Below, piece after piece: positions 63,618 through 64,000 of a stretch of 64,000 nucleotides of DNA. The notes beneath the pieces are model-generated. The model searched no databases and was not told the origin of the DNA. It saw only the letters and a program-made list of their open reading frames with translations. How positions within the stretch are numbered: position 1 is the first letter of the stretch; each line of letters begins with the position of its first letter. The translations under genes were made by a program, and so were the position numbers. The DNA is from Chloroflexota bacterium (lineage in GTDB: Bacteria; Chloroflexota; UBA6077; JAJPHF01): positions 99 to 64,098 of the forward strand of contig DATGKN010000164.1 in NCBI GenBank assembly GCA_035294645.1. Direction: 5' to 3'.

Positions 63618-64000
63618 CTAGCGCGGCATGGCCCGCGCGGCGACCAGACGCGCCACGATGTTCAGCACCAGCACGAACAGCAGTAGGAAGAACGCTGCCG
63701 CCCACGCCTGCTGGTGCCACTGGTCGTACGGCGAGATGGCGTACTGGTAGATGTTCAAGGTCAAAGCGGCGGTCGGGCTCAGCAGCCCGTTGGGCCAGAA
63801 GCGGTTGCCCAACGCGGTGAACAGCAGCGGCGCCGTCTCGCCCGCGATGCGTGCCACTGCCAGCATCACCCCGGTGAGGATGCCTGCCCGGGCCGTCGGC
63901 AGCAGCACGCTGAGCGTTGCCCGCCAGCGCGGGATGCCCAGCGCCAGCGCCGCCTCGCGCAGCTCGTGGGGCACCAGCCGCAGGCTCTCCTCGGTGGTGC
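63618..64000 (-). CDS. pstA: Phosphate ABC transporter permease PstA (C-terminal part; gene continues past the window end)
   Basis: ...LPTARAGILTGVMLAVARIAGETAPLLFT... (EAA-loop region of PstA/PstC-type permeases). Stop at 63618; the start is outside the window. Confidence 0.75.
   Translation of the reverse strand, partial: TTEESLRLVPHELREAALALGIPRWRATLSVLLPTARAGILTGVMLAVARIAGETAPLLFTALGNRFWPNGLLSPTAALTLNIYQYAISPYDQWHQQAWAAAFFLLLFVLVLNIVARLVAARAMPR

Overview
High-GC (about 70%+) bacterial chromosomal segment, Ala/Arg-rich proteome, most genes with GGAGG-type ribosome-binding sites and lipobox lipoproteins. Gene content suggests a Chloroflexi (Thermomicrobia-like) or Actinobacteria-like organism; I cannot tell which. 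No transposase, integrase or CRISPR array is visible. Many provided ORFs are alternate-frame artefacts of GC-rich DNA and are rejected below.

Gene content, in order:
- A 3' fragment of initiator tRNA-fMet with its terminator, then a secreted CAP/SCP protein.
- A CarH/LitR-type B12-dependent, probably light-sensing, MerR regulator (Wx9EH and ExHxxG motifs present), followed by an SPFH/band-7 protein and a class-V serine/alanine-glyoxylate aminotransferase.
- A dense signalling block: a 1345-aa GAF/PAS hybrid histidine kinase, a GAF-HD-GYP phosphodiesterase, a REC-HK fusion and a 1145-aa GAF/PAS kinase.
- Four paralogous NMT1/SsuA-type lipoprotein solute-binding proteins with no permease or ATPase partner; one sits directly behind a histidine kinase.
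- A roughly 10 kb co-directional minus-strand cluster (16.5-26.7 kb), detailed below.
- Housekeeping genes: tldD/tldE, fabF-accB-fabH, yqeY-ybeY-dgkA, glyA with a terminator-containing leader, an IMPase, a KGG stress protein, a PhoP/PhoR-like two-component system preceded by a LolA-like secreted protein, an MFS transporter, tRNA-Thr(CGU) with its own promoter and terminator, a large P-type ATPase with two cysteine-less HMA-like N-terminal domains, hsp20, and phoU-pstB-pstA' running off the window end.

The most interesting locus is the 16.5-26.7 kb cluster. It couples a MacB/YknYZ-type ABC exporter whose HlyD-family adaptor is expanded to 943 aa by about 20 tandem alpha-helical repeats with two Pro-rich envelope proteins, a zinc-ribbon protein and a two-gene polyprenol-phosphate-sugar glycosylation module (GT2 synthase plus a GtrA-flippase::GT39/ArnT-like fusion). 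An envelope-stress-type HisKA_3/NarL two-component system is divergently transcribed from it. I read this as a candidate, undescribed envelope-protein export and glycosylation system. This is inference from domain content and synteny only.
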